Source: Saprolegnia diclina VS20 (Eukaryota). From it: 64,000 nt of DNA. The stretch covers positions 127,758 to 191,757 of the forward strand of contig NW_008246107.1 in assembly GCF_000281045.1 (NCBI RefSeq), read 5' to 3'. This document shows positions 47,731 to 59,077 of this stretch, one piece after another. The first letter of the stretch is position 1. Each line of letters opens with the position of its first letter. Under the pieces are notes generated by a model, which saw only the letters and a list, made by a program, of their open reading frames with translations, was not told the origin of the DNA and did not search any database. The translations under genes were made by a program, and so were the position numbers.

Positions 47731-49693
47731 ATGGCGACGCCGACCGATGGCATCGTGATCGACGTCGAGGCGCCGCCGATGCTGCTGCCGACCGAGGAGC
47801 TGCTCTCGCCGACGTCCAAGCAGAAGTACCGCGCGGGCTCGCTCACGCACCGCGTCGGCCTCGGCTTCGTCAAGAGCGCGACCTTCAAGCACAAGTACTT
47901 TCGCCTCCGCGACCATGGCCTCCTCGGGTACGCTGCGCAGGACGCCCATGTGGCCTCGCTCGAGGTGCTCTTCAGCCTCTTCACGCTGCTCGAAGTGCTG
48001 AGCCCGACGACGTTTGTGCTGCGCCACGTCAACGTGGTCCAAACCGACGACTCGTGGCTCAAGGTCGAAGACCCGGTCGTGCTCAAGGCCGCGTCCGCCG
48101 ACGAAGCGAGCGCGTGGATCACCGACATTGGCGCCAAGCTCGAGCTCCTCAAGCGGCGCGACGACGCGGCCAAGCACCGCAAGGCGTCGCTCATCCCAAC
48201 GCACAACGCCGAGGACCTCCTCTTTAGCGCGACGCCCGACCCGCCCTACTACCGGACGTTTCTGCACAAGTACGTCATGATGGGCGAGATTGGCGAAGGC
48301 AGCTTCTCGGTCGTGCGCAAGGGCGTCGACCGCATGACCGCCGAGGTGTGTGCGATCAAGTGCTCCAAGCACACGCCGTCGCTGCTCGAAGAAGTCGCCA
48401 TCCTCAAGCTCGTACGTTCTCCAATCATGCAGCGATCTGAGTCGTCTTAGGTGTCCCACCCCAATATTGTCGGGCTGCACGGCGTCTACAAGACAGACGA
48501 CATGTTCTACATCGTCATGGACTACATGGCGGACGGCGACCTCTGCGACCGGCTCATCCAAATGACGCGGTTCCCCGAAGACGACGTGCGCCGCATCATC
48601 GCCCAAGTCGCGTCCGCCATCCAGCACATTCATGCGCTCAACATCATCCACCGGTACGCCATGCCATGGACAACTTGTCTCTGCCATGCATCGTCGACGT
48701 ATCTGTCGTTGGGTAGCGACATCAAGCCCGAAAACATACTCTTGCACAAGGACTCGGTCAAGCTCGCCGACTTTGGCCTCGCCAAGCGCATTCTGGACCC
48801 GACGATGCAGTTTCAGAAGGGCTGTGGCACGCCCGAGTACGCGGCGCCCGAGCTCCTCTACGGTCGACCCTACGGTATCCATCTATCCTAGTATCCTATC
48901 CAGCAAGTATCCAAATCGCATGTAGGCACGCAGTCGGACCTCTTTAGCCTCGGCGTCGTCACGTATGTGCTTTTGTTTGGCGCGTTCCCGTTCACCGTCG
49001 CGTCGGCGGCAGCGCTCCAGCAGATCCAGCGCTTCTCCGAGGCCGGCGACATGCGCGACATGAGCTGCCTCCACCCGTCGAACCCGCAGTGGCAGTGCGT
49101 GTCGCCGGACGCGCAAGACGTGATCTTGCGGCTCTTAGCCATCGACCCGGCCGAGCGCATGACGGCCACCGACCTTTTGGCCCATCCCTGGGTACAACCT
49201 CGATCTTGGAGGTCGGTTGAATCGAGTCTGGTAGCTGGCGTCGACGCTGTCCGAGCTGCCGGCCAAGGACGACCAGCGCCGAGACGACTGCGTGCACGTT
49301 GGGTTCCGTGAGCTCCTCTACCGCGGCATGGACGTCCTCAAGCACAACCAGAGCGGGAAGGACAAGGCTCCACACGCCTCGGTCTTGCGCTTTAACGTCG
49401 CGACGCAAGTGCTCTCGTGGACACCGGCGTCGACGCTGCAGCAAAACCCAAAGAAGCACTTTAACGCAAAAGACCACCCGCGCAGCATGCCGCTCAAGGA
49501 CGTGACGGCGGTCGTTCCGGGCGGGACGTCGCTCGCACTGGCCCCCAAGGTGGCCAAAGACGCAGCCAAAGACGCAGTGTGTCTCTCGATCCTCACGGAG
49601 AAGCGGTCGCTCGACCTCGAACTCCCGACGACAACGCAACGCGACATGCTGGTCGCTGGTCTGCGCCGCCTTCTGCTCTTGCTGCCGAGGTAG
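47731..49693 (+). CDS. CAMK-group Ser/Thr kinase flanked by N- and C-terminal PH domains (4 introns)
   Basis: GEGSFSVV, AIK, HRDIKPEN (spliced), DFG and GTPEYAAPE; N-terminal PH (KYFRLRD...AASADEASAWI); C-terminal PLC-type PH (LSW...CLSILTEKRSLDLE). Confidence 0.88.
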
Positions 49694-49826
49694 TCGAAGT
49701 TGTTAGCAAGCTTACTACACCACATACTCTTCCTTCGTTGTCGTCTTGGGGTCGGTAAATAGCTGGAGACCCTCCCGCGCCAGCTGCGCCGACGAATCAT
49801 GGACGCTAACCCACCCAACTCAGAAA

Positions 49827-51896
49827 CTAAGAATTTTGAGGTTCGTACCGGCGGTGCTGAAAGGTGCTGAGCGAGAGCAGAACTTGGTGCATGTAGTCCC
49901 GGTGCTCGGTGACGACGTCCGTGTCAAACATGGTGGGTGTCAACTGCGGGTCGCACGCCGCAGCCACGTGTCGGAGGAAGATACCGTCCGGAAACTGCTG
50001 CAGCACTTGGAGCGCGTAGAGCAAGAGGTACACTCCGCAGTCACAGCTATTGCTCTGCCGTGGCACCTACGGTCGAGAGAGAGGTGAGATACCACAAGTC
50101 ATACGCTGCAAGTACCTCGGGCTCGACAAAAACTGCATCCGACGCATCGAAAACCGTGTTCAGGTCGTTTGGGAAGCGCGATGCGTACTCGCTCTCGAGG
50201 AACCTAATGACTTGGAAGGAGCTCCTTGGGTACAACGTCGGTACCGGCGAAGGTTGGCGGTGATCTTGGTCTTGTTGTGGCACTGAAGCGAGTCAAAGTA
50301 GAGAATGCAGGGCACGTTGCTGGGCTGAGACGACACGGGATCCACGCTGGCGGGCGCGGTCTCGGGGTCTTGGCTCTCGGCGACAATCGCATCGTCGTCG
50401 TCATCGTCGTCAACGTCCAAAACAACCTACACCGCGGTATACCTACTTTGTTATACACTCGATAGCTTACGGGCTGTGGCTTTGTCTTGATGAGACCGGA
50501 CGGGTGGCAGATCACGGCCAGGCTCCAGTGGCAGCTACGCAGTCCCATGAGACGACGCTAGATGTAGGCCAAGGCGAGACTTGTCGTTGATGGGCACAAA
50601 TAAGAACCGCTTCTCAAAGATGGGCGTCGCGCGCGTCCAGCGGTTGACCTTGGCAAAAGTCCCGTCTTCGGCCTTGGCGACTTCCGAGTAAAAGTGCGTC
50701 GAGAAGAAGTGCGTCGTCGCTTTCGCCGGCTTGTTGAGTTGCGCATGGCAAAACCTATTGGCCCCTGAGGTCTCGAGACAGTATCAAGTTGATACTTGAA
50801 GAAAAAGTCGATCAGGTTGTCGTTGAGAAACTCGCCGGGCTGGAGGCGGTCAATGTCGCCTTCCGTGAGCACAATGCGTGACTTGCTGTGCGACTGGAGC
50901 GGGTAGCACACGACGACCCGGTCCTTCGCCTCCTGCGACTTGCCCTCGTCGCGCTTCTTGAGCTCCGACCGCGTCCGCGACCCGACCCCGCGGGCTGCCG
51001 GCAACTCGGGCTCGTGGATCTCGATCGTCTCGTTGCGTGCAAAGGTCGTCAAAGTACCCTCGTGCATAAAGTCCAGCGTCGCCGCCGACCGAGTCGACCG
51101 CTCCGTCGGTGCAGGATCAAACACTAGCGCAAGACGATGACCCAGCATGATCGATACGCGAGAGCGTACATGACTTGCGCTTGCCGTTGCGCGTCGCGGG
51201 ACCCTTGCGGGTGAGATGGCTGAGGTAGCTGGGCACGTCCTCGGCGCTACAACATCCTGAGCGCATGTGGGCCAGAAGACAACATGGAACGTACGCGATC
51301 GGATGGGGTTGCCGGCCGAGGTGCCGCTCGAGAGACCCACGCACGAGGAGGTACCCGAGCTCGTCTGCAAATCTGAGTACGATATGGTTGTCGTCGTTGC
51401 CAATGCAGAGGCGGGACGTGGCGGGCAGGTCCAGCACGACGAGAAGCTTCGCATCGAGAACCCTAGCGCGCGACTTCATCATGGTGGAGCAAGGCGAGAC
51501 GTACCGAATCGCCCGCATGTCGCCAAATGGCACGTACTCCGTCTTGAGGTCGGCGGGCGTCTTGGGCATCGCTAGCCGTGACTGGCTTCGGACGACCGCT
51601 TGGACACCGAGCTCGTGCCGGTCTTCATGCAGCACGATCGTGCACTCGCCCCACGCCCGACCACAGATGGCCACGTCGTCGCAACGCGTCTCGTCCACGT
51701 CCGGCTTGACCGCCCGCGGTGTCCTGAAGCGCGTCGGGCGGCTTGGCGGCGCCCGGCGCTCGAGCACGCTCGGCAGCTCAAAGTCGGAGCCCTCGCCCAC
51801 GTCGCTCGTCTCGTCCGAGGTGCGAACCGTCGCCGCGAGGTCGGCAAAGGCTCCCGCAGCCGCGGCCTTGACCTGCTTCCGGCTCGGCCGGTTCAT
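49827..51896 (-). CDS. ULP2/SENP6-7-like SUMO protease (peptidase C48), multi-exon
   Basis: LQPGEFLNDNLIDFF, HWSLAVICHP, YFDSL and PRQSNSCDCGVYLL: catalytic His/Asp/Cys plus oxyanion Gln present. Confidence 0.9.
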
Positions 51897-52144
51897 CCTC
51901 GCCCACGAAACCTGGCAATGATCCGATGTTCATTGGTCAATATCCAAGACATTTCTGCCCCACGATTGGGCGACCGGCCAACCGATATTCGCAAGATTAT
52001 GAGCAATATTTGATATTGCCAGTACATATGGGCTTTTATAGCGCGCTGTGCAGATCCAATATCAATATGGCGCCCAAAAGCCATCCGTGCAGCTTGCCGC
52101 CAAAGACAAGAAGAATCGAGACACCGAATGTTAAAGATATAGAG

Positions 52145-52648
52145 TTACGGCGCTGCGGCAGGCTCGGCCGCGGGCTCGGCGGCGGGCTCAGCGGCCTTAA
52201 AGGCGGCCTCGTACTGGTGCTGCAGCTGGCTCTTGCCTTCCTCAAGTGCCTGCTGCACCTGGCGCTTGGCCGCCTCAGCCTTCTCGTACAGGTCCTGGGT
52301 CGCAGCCGTGTAGTGCTCGCAGACCGCGCCGCTGGCGTCCGTCCACTTTTGCTGCGCCTGCGCCGTGAGCTCGTTGAGCATGCGCGTGATCTCCTTCGTG
52401 GCTTCATCCGCGCGCTCCTGGAGCACTTGCGTCTTCTCGTTGAGCGACGCTTGGAGGCTGGCCTTGGTCTCGGTCACGTTGGACGCGACGCTCGCGGTCG
52501 TGTCGTGCACCTTGGTCACGTACGAGGTCGTCGTCTCGGTCACGCTCGCGTGCAAGTCGGTCAGCGTGGCCGTGAGGGCGGCCGAGATGTGGGCGGCCGA
52601 GAGCTGGAACGCTTCTAGGAGAGTCTCGTGTTGTTCCGGCGCTGACAT
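52145..52648 (-). CDS. Small amphipathic alpha-helical protein (apolipoprotein/LEA-like, 167 aa)
   Basis: A/T/E/Q/K-rich helical ORF with a C-terminal AEPA repeat; Inr/FPR element upstream; homologous to 55628-56050. Confidence 0.75.
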   Translation of the reverse strand: MSAPEQHETLLEAFQLSAAHISAALTATLTDLHASVTETTTSYVTKVHDTTASVASNVTETKASLQASLNEKTQVLQERADEATKEITRMLNELTAQAQQKWTDASGAVCEHYTAATQDLYEKAEAAKRQVQQALEEGKSQLQHQYEAAFKAAEPAAEPAAEPAAAP

Positions 52649-52662
52649 GTTGGGTTTTGTAT

Positions 52663-52677
52663 CAAAATGGGAAGTGA
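52663..52677 (-). promoter_or_regulatory. Oomycete Inr/FPR element
   Basis: TCACTTCCCATTTTG, 15 nt upstream of ATG 52648. Confidence 0.7.
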
Positions 52678-53067
52678 CTAGCATCAGGCAGGTGAGTGGG
52701 TGCATAGCACCGACACACGGCCGCTCCACGTCATTTTATCCGGACACCGCAGTTGCTCCAAAAACGACGCGCCGACGTCGCCAGTGAGGATGAGAACGTT
52801 GACGCCAACATCGTCGCACCAAGAGCCAAAGCAATCAGGAGGTAGGAGGCGGTGAAGTTGAGTCCTTGCGCTCGGTTCCTCCACCATGATCGACCGTGTT
52901 AGCTGCGTGAAGCGTTGTTGAAGTACAACGGCAAAGTCACCCATCACAAGGCGGACGCAAAAGCAAGCGCAATGCTCAATGCAGTGGATTCACGTTGGCC
53001 TTAAATGAAGCCGCAAGAGGCCGTATGGCTACTTCCTACTGTTGGCGCCAACGCCACCATGGGCCAC

Positions 53068-53853
53068 CTACGGCGCGTCGTCGCTCGCCGCGTCCTGTGC
53101 CTTGGACTTGGCCTTGCCCGCAGCACTCGACGCCTTGTCCTTGGCGCTCTCGGCCGCGTCGCCCGCCTTGTCCTGGAGATCGCGTGTCTTGTCCTTGGCC
53201 TCGCCCGCGGCACTCGACGCCTTGTCCTTGGCCTCATCCTTGACCTTGCAGGCCTTTTCCTGGAGCTCGTGGGTCTTATCCTTGGCCTCGTCCTTGGCCT
53301 CGCCCGCCTTGCCGACCAGCTTGTCCTTAGCGTCATAGGCCTTGGACTGCATCTCACTCGCCTTGTCCGAGACCTTGTCCTTGGCGTCATAGGCCTTGGA
53401 CTGCATCTCACTCGCCTTGTCCGAGACCATGTCCTTCGCGTCATACGCCTTGTCCGCCGCCTGGCTCTTGAGCTCGCGGGCCTTGTCCGCCGCATCTCCC
53501 GCCGCGTCTTCCGTCGAGGCCTTGGCGCCGTAGACCGAATCGACCACCTTGTCCTTGGCGCTGTAAACCGTGTCGACCACCTTGTCTTTGGCGCCGTAGG
53601 CCGAATCGACCACCTTGTCCTTGGCGCTGTACGCCGAATCGACCACCTTGGTCTTGGCGTCGTGGAAGGTCGACTGCACCGAGTCCTCAGCGCTGTGCAC
53701 CTTGTCCATGACCGTGGTCTTGGCGCCGTGGAAGGTCGACTGCACCGAGTCTTCGGCGCTGTGCACCGTGTCCATCACCTTGGTGCGCGCCGATTCAAAC
53801 ATCGAGTGTGCGTCGTCCGACGGCGTCGTCTTGGTCTTGGTCGTGTCCGACAT
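53068..53853 (-). CDS. Group 3 LEA-like / perilipin-like 11-mer repeat protein (261 aa)
   Basis: AKDKVVDSAYS-type 11-mers x4, 22-mer x2, 18-mer AYDAKDKVSDKASEMQSK x2; rich in A/K/D and lacking W. Confidence 0.85.
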   Translation of the reverse strand: MSDTTKTKTTPSDDAHSMFESARTKVMDTVHSAEDSVQSTFHGAKTTVMDKVHSAEDSVQSTFHDAKTKVVDSAYSAKDKVVDSAYGAKDKVVDTVYSAKDKVVDSVYGAKASTEDAAGDAADKARELKSQAADKAYDAKDMVSDKASEMQSKAYDAKDKVSDKASEMQSKAYDAKDKLVGKAGEAKDEAKDKTHELQEKACKVKDEAKDKASSAAGEAKDKTRDLQDKAGDAAESAKDKASSAAGKAKSKAQDAASDDAP

Positions 53854-53858
53854 GGCAG

Positions 53859-53875
53859 GCAAAAGCAAAAGTGAG
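53859..53875 (-). promoter_or_regulatory. Oomycete Inr/FPR element
   Basis: CTCACTTTTGCTTTTGC just upstream of ATG 53853. Confidence 0.65.
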
Positions 53876-55627
53876 TACTTTTGTCGTCCTCGACACGCCA
53901 AAGGTCCCTGTCGCGCGGCCCCAACGGTCGCGAGAAACAACCAAGCTGGGAAGCGGACGTGAACAAGATCGAACCACGGCAACGGACTAACGGCCGCATG
54001 TCGAGGGGCTGCGTCACGGGACAGGGCTCCACGACGCAGCCCACGAACGTTCTCGGCGCGCCCAGGTGTTTCCAGTTGACTGAAGCCGTGGCGATCTTGC
54101 CTCGAGCTTTTGCAACGAGGCAGAGAACGCATTCAAGTACACAAGTCGTTCACGGTAACATGGGTATCGAACGAGTCGTTGGTCACATTGGCTGGCACGG
54201 CCGCCTTTCCCCACCTCGACCTTGGCGTTTTGGTGCATCCACTATGGCAAGAAGCTTCCATCTACGCCGCCCGACGTGGCTTAGAGCACTGTACGTTTGC
54301 GTCGCGGATGCTGAACGCTGAACGCTGTCGCGGCTGTCGCTTGGACGGGCATTTAGAGGCGGGTGTCTGCGACTGACACTTAAGATGGACAATATACGTC
54401 GCAGCCTTGGAGGTTGACGAACCCGGCGTTGAGGGCGGCGACCATGGCTTGTGGTAGACTGGGACTAGTACAGTTATTGATTTGGCTCTGGGTTGGGATA
54501 GTACCTTGGACGAGCAACGAGGTATGAGGGTATGACAGTGTACAGGCTTGTATGTGGCGAGAGTCCAGCTACTTTGCGGTGCCACATCGATGGGCCAAAT
54601 CGCAAACCATGGCTTGTGGATGTCGTCCCAAACCAGATCCAAACTGTACGGGTAGCCTGGCAGTGCCACGTCATCCGGATAAGCTTGAAACGCCGAAAGG
54701 TGATCTTGCCTGCTGACAGCGAGCAGCCCTACCTCTCGACATCCTCTCCAACTAACAACTCGTTTCGCATCGTACACAGCGTTTAATGAAAGCAATGCAC
54801 ACAGGATGCCTGCATGATCCAGACTACTGTTCACTAGTATCCGTAGGAATCTCCAATTCTCCATGCTAAAGCGACAAAAGGCAGTGTCTTCAGCGCCCTG
54901 CGATTGCAATTAGTTAAATACATCGATTTTACGCTCATACTAGTACGCTTTTCCGCGTACAAAGGCCGTCGAGGCCTTCAGTCCTTTCTTGTTGTGCCGG
55001 GTTCCGCACCACCATCAGGTCGGTGTAGCTTTGGCGCTACGTCGGGTTGGGAGACCGCTGCATTGGCCCACGGGCTCTGCCATCCTTACCGGACGGCTGT
55101 CGCTCGTCTTGTGTACTAGTAGTACACCTTGAAAGAAGCATGAACATCCATCGCATGCCCACTCCGTTTTCCATACAAGACAACCCCTTGGCACTTGTTG
55201 CGTTGCCCATGTATCGACGAATGAGATAAGAGAGAGTCGATTCGAACGGCTCGGCGCAAGCAAACCGTCATGGCGTCTCGTGTCCAAGTCACTGGTCGTG
55301 TCCATGACACAGTCCTCAACGCGTCTGCCGGTTGGAATGGCAAGACTGGCAACTCAGTGTCGCAACGGTGCCTTTTGAGGCGCCCAACGACGGCGTTTGC
55401 CTCGTGTGACTGGTGCCTGCAAGCGCCGCCAACCCATCATCAGCTATTCAACATCACAGGAACGCGTCGACGACGACCTTTGTCAAGCCCAATGACGACG
55501 GAAGACGCGTCATAGAATGACGTGGCGGCGCCACACGCCGCCTTTCTCCACCCAGAAAGAAAAACGCCATTTCGAGCGTGCGCCTGTCTACCGACACACG
55601 ATTTTCGAGCCAGACCCACGAAGAACG

Positions 55628-56050
55628 ATGGTGCTGCCAACGTCCGTCGCCGACGCGGTCGCGCGGCTCTCGGCGGCCCTCTCCAGCACGCTCTTGGAGC
55701 TGCAGACGCACGTGCGCGACTTGACGGCGACATTGTACGCGGCCGAGGCGCCGCTGGACCCAACGACGTTGGAGGAAAAGTCGACGGAGCTCGAAGCCCG
55801 GGCCGACGAGGCGGCGCAGAGCCTCACGAGCCAACTTGAATCTTTCTTCTCGACGTGGTCGGCGACGTGGACGGAATTGACGAGCCCCGTGGCCGAGCGT
55901 TATGGCGCGACCGCCCGCGACGTCCTGGAGAAGATCGAAGGGACCAAAGTCATGCTCGAGCAAACGCTGGGCGAAGGCAAGCTCCAGCTCCAGCTGCACT
56001 ACAACGCAGCGATGCGGTCCCGGCCCGCGTCCACCACCATGGTGCACTAA
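55628..56050 (+). CDS. Small amphipathic helical protein (140 aa), paralog of 52145-52648
   Basis: Shared blocks: SAALxxTLxxL, LxEKxxxLxxRADEA, WT, and LxEGKxQLQxxYxAA. Confidence 0.75.
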   Translation: MVLPTSVADAVARLSAALSSTLLELQTHVRDLTATLYAAEAPLDPTTLEEKSTELEARADEAAQSLTSQLESFFSTWSATWTELTSPVAERYGATARDVLEKIEGTKVMLEQTLGEGKLQLQLHYNAAMRSRPASTTMVH

Positions 56051-56136
56051 CCACCAACGGACCAGCACGCGTTTCGATCGAAGCGACGACGTGCTTCGTC
56101 AAAGCACTTCTTGGCCCATACCCTTGGGCCACCGTA

Positions 56137-56184
56137 ATCTATATACCTGAATGTACATATATCTATATACCTGAATGTACATAT
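56137..56184. repeat. Perfect 24-bp tandem duplication
   Basis: ATCTATATACCTGAATGTACATAT x2. Confidence 0.95.
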
Positions 56185-57421
56185 ACGTTGACCTGATCGC
56201 TGGTTCGACGACAAGCTTTTCTTCATTGACTAACTTCGTCGAAGATGTCTCCTCTACCTCCTAATGAACTCGGAACCGAACCATGCAGAGGCTTTCTCTT
56301 CTCGAGCAATCTCAACGACAAGTACAGTTGTCATCCACAGCAGCTACGAAGCCAACGGGTGTCAGCACATCCCCGTCGGCGGCGTCGGCCTTCGAAGCTC
56401 GCCATCCAACAGCTCCGTTTCCTCGCCTGCCCTGGATGTTTGTATTGGCGAGGTGTGGAAGGCAGTGGGCACTCTCCACCAAGGGTCAATGGACCTTGCT
56501 TCTGCAGTCGAACTAGCAGCCATCGGAATCCTGTCACGAGAGATAGCTTGCCCGCAAAGAAAGTGGCTCTGCACAAAAAAACATCACATTTCTGCGATTG
56601 TTCCGAGTCGCACCGCCAGAGGCGGCAAAGACGCGACATCCCTGGTCGGTTTTTGCGTGTCCTCCGCAGGCCATTGAAGCCGCTGGTTCATTTCTGGGAT
56701 CGTCCAGCTGGCTGGCTGCTTCACGGCGATACACACCCCACTTGTGGCGTAGAGGCTCGCCGCTGAAATCTCAAATTGCCGTTTGGCGCACCAACGTGAT
56801 GCGTGCTCGTTGCTGCATATGGTCCAGAGTGTGATATGGCGAAGCGTCTGCTGCAGATGGCATCGTTCAATGCAAAATGAATGGTGTGCGTCTGCTGCCG
56901 ACCTCCCGAGATGGCCTAATGTTCGCGCAAAGGCGGCCCCCAAACCATCGAAAATCGAAGCTTTGCGCCCGGCCGTCGCTCGCTCCGCGATGCGTACGAG
57001 ACGTGACGACTCTACGCGCGCGGCCTCGGCGACACGGCTGCTGTGCCCATCTCTTGCAGCGTTGCCCGTGCTCAGACGCATTACACCAGCCGCCCTTCCA
57101 CTCTGGTTGCCTTCGACGTTCGTTTTTCAACCAATGAAATCGCGTTTTAAACAATAAACGAAGTTCGAAGACATCGAATGACACGCGAAACATGACAGCG
57201 GACCAATCAACGACGGCGACGGGTCGGCGAAGGGTCACAGCTGGCGCCAAGTACGGTAGGAGCGCAACAGCGCGCCACCCGACGCCTGTGGTTTCTGCAA
57301 CGACTTCGAACGAACGGCTTTTCCTCATTCCACGTCCGTCGCCCTCGGCAAAGAGTTGACCGGTACGCTGCTTCCTCTCCCAACGCAAAGGAAACTCATG
57401 TGCCCGTAGACGTATTCCACC

Positions 57422-59077
57422 ATGTCGGCGAATGTGACAGTGCTCTGCGCCTACAGCAACTTGCCGGGCTGCGCGGCCGACTACACATCGCTCCTCGTCC
57501 AGACGCCGTCGTGGGAGGTCATTGTCGGCGCGTTCGGCATGTTTTTCATGGCCTTTGCGACCGGCGCCAACAACATTGGTAACACGATGGCCAACCTCGT
57601 CGGTTGCAAGGTGCTGCCGCTGCGTCAAGCGCTCATCATCGGTGGCCTCGCCGACTTTCTCGGTGCCATCTCGCTCGGGTACAGCTTTAAGGACGCGATT
57701 GCGACCAAGGTCGGCTCCCTCCTCGAGAGCAACGGCAGCCCCAACGGGTCGTGCTGGCAGCAAGGCTACACCAACTCGCTCCAGTACGAGTACGCCAACG
57801 GTATGTTCGCCGCGCTCTTCTCGGCCGCAACGTTCGTCTTGATCGCGACGGCCTTCAAGATGCCCGTGTCGGCGACGCACTCTGTCATTTGCGGTGTCAT
57901 TGGCATGACGCTCCTCAATGTCGGCAGCGACTGCTTCAACCTCTCGGTGCTCAACGGTATCTTCAGTATCGTGCTCTCGTGGGTGCTCGGCCCGCTCTTC
58001 GCCGGCATCATCTCGGTGATCGCGTACCATGCAACCAACCGCGCGATCATCAACTCGTCGTCGCCACGCCAGCGCTCGCTCATGTTCCTTCCGCTCTTCT
58101 ACGCGCTTGGTGTCTTCTCGGTCGCGGTCATTATCTTTTCCAAGTCGCGGATCCTCGTCGACATCTCCGACTCGCCGACGATCCAGGACAACCTCCTCGG
58201 TATCGCGATCGGTGTCGGCGCTGGCCTCGCGCTCATCGTCGCCGCCGTCGTCAGCATCTTCCTCGTGCCGCACGTCCGTGGACTCTGCCCGTCGTTCGCC
58301 AAGGCGGCCGAGATGCAAACAGAGGCCAAGCTCCCGACCGTCTCGCCGTTCGCACCATGCACCGAGCTCGGCGTCCGCGAGTACACGGCGTTGACGTCGC
58401 TTCAGTTCTCCAACCTCATGCATATCCGTGACGACTATGTATGCACGCTCGGCGACGACCAGATCAACGCGGTCGGGCGGACGTCGATGGAGCTCATTGC
58501 CGACGCCTACTGCCTCACGGACGAGCAGATCGACGCGCATTTCGCCATGAAGTACGCGCTCCTCTTCGCCTCGATCCTCGGCTCGTTCCTCCACGGAGCG
58601 ACGGATGTCGGTAACTCGACGATCCCGATGCAAGTCATCTACACGATCTCCAAGGAGGTGTACCGCACCAACGACGCTGGCGCCCAAGTGGCCGTGAGCT
58701 ACTCGGAGTGGGACGCCCCGTACTGGATGTTTGTCGTAGCAGGCGTCGGCGGTCTCGTCGGTATCAACCTCTTTGGTCGCCCGGTCATGGACACGATGGC
58801 CCGCGGTCTCTCGATCGTCAACGTCCACCGCGGCTTTTGCATGGAGATGGGTACGATCGTGACGCTCGCCCTCGCCAACGTGCTCCGGCTTCCCGTCTCG
58901 TCGACGTACTGCGCTGTCAGTTCCGTCGTCAGCGTGAGTCTGGCCCACTACGGCACGCAGCACCTCGAGAAGAAGCGTCTCCTCTTTGTCGTCATGACGT
59001 GGATTCTGACGCTGCCCGTCACGATGGGTCTCTCGGCCGGCCTCGCTGCCATCATGAACAGCGCGCTTCAAAAGTAG
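57422..59077 (+). CDS. PHO4/PiT-family inorganic phosphate transporter (copy 1)
   Basis: AFATGANNIGNTM, MPVSATH, HGATDVGNS and LPVSST motifs; many TM segments. Confidence 0.9.
   Translation: MSANVTVLCAYSNLPGCAADYTSLLVQTPSWEVIVGAFGMFFMAFATGANNIGNTMANLVGCKVLPLRQALIIGGLADFLGAISLGYSFKDAIATKVGSLLESNGSPNGSCWQQGYTNSLQYEYANGMFAALFSAATFVLIATAFKMPVSATHSVICGVIGMTLLNVGSDCFNLSVLNGIFSIVLSWVLGPLFAGIISVIAYHATNRAIINSSSPRQRSLMFLPLFYALGVFSVAVIIFSKSRILVDISDSPTIQDNLLGIAIGVGAGLALIVAAVVSIFLVPHVRGLCPSFAKAAEMQTEAKLPTVSPFAPCTELGVREYTALTSLQFSNLMHIRDDYVCTLGDDQINAVGRTSMELIADAYCLTDEQIDAHFAMKYALLFASILGSFLHGATDVGNSTIPMQVIYTISKEVYRTNDAGAQVAVSYSEWDAPYWMFVVAGVGGLVGINLFGRPVMDTMARGLSIVNVHRGFCMEMGTIVTLALANVLRLPVSSTYCAVSSVVSVSLAHYGTQHLEKKRLLFVVMTWILTLPVTMGLSAGLAAIMNSALQK

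Noticed and set aside
53005..53874. 289-aa repetitive Leu/Val/Arg-rich plus-strand ORF
   Set aside because: Antisense of the LEA-like repeats; the promoter element supports the minus strand.
54262..54909. 215-aa minus-strand ORF
   Set aside because: Atypical codon usage and no recognisable family; a possible relic but unsupported.
56245..57160. Overlapping ORFs upstream of PiT copy 1
   Set aside because: No coding bias or domain evidence.
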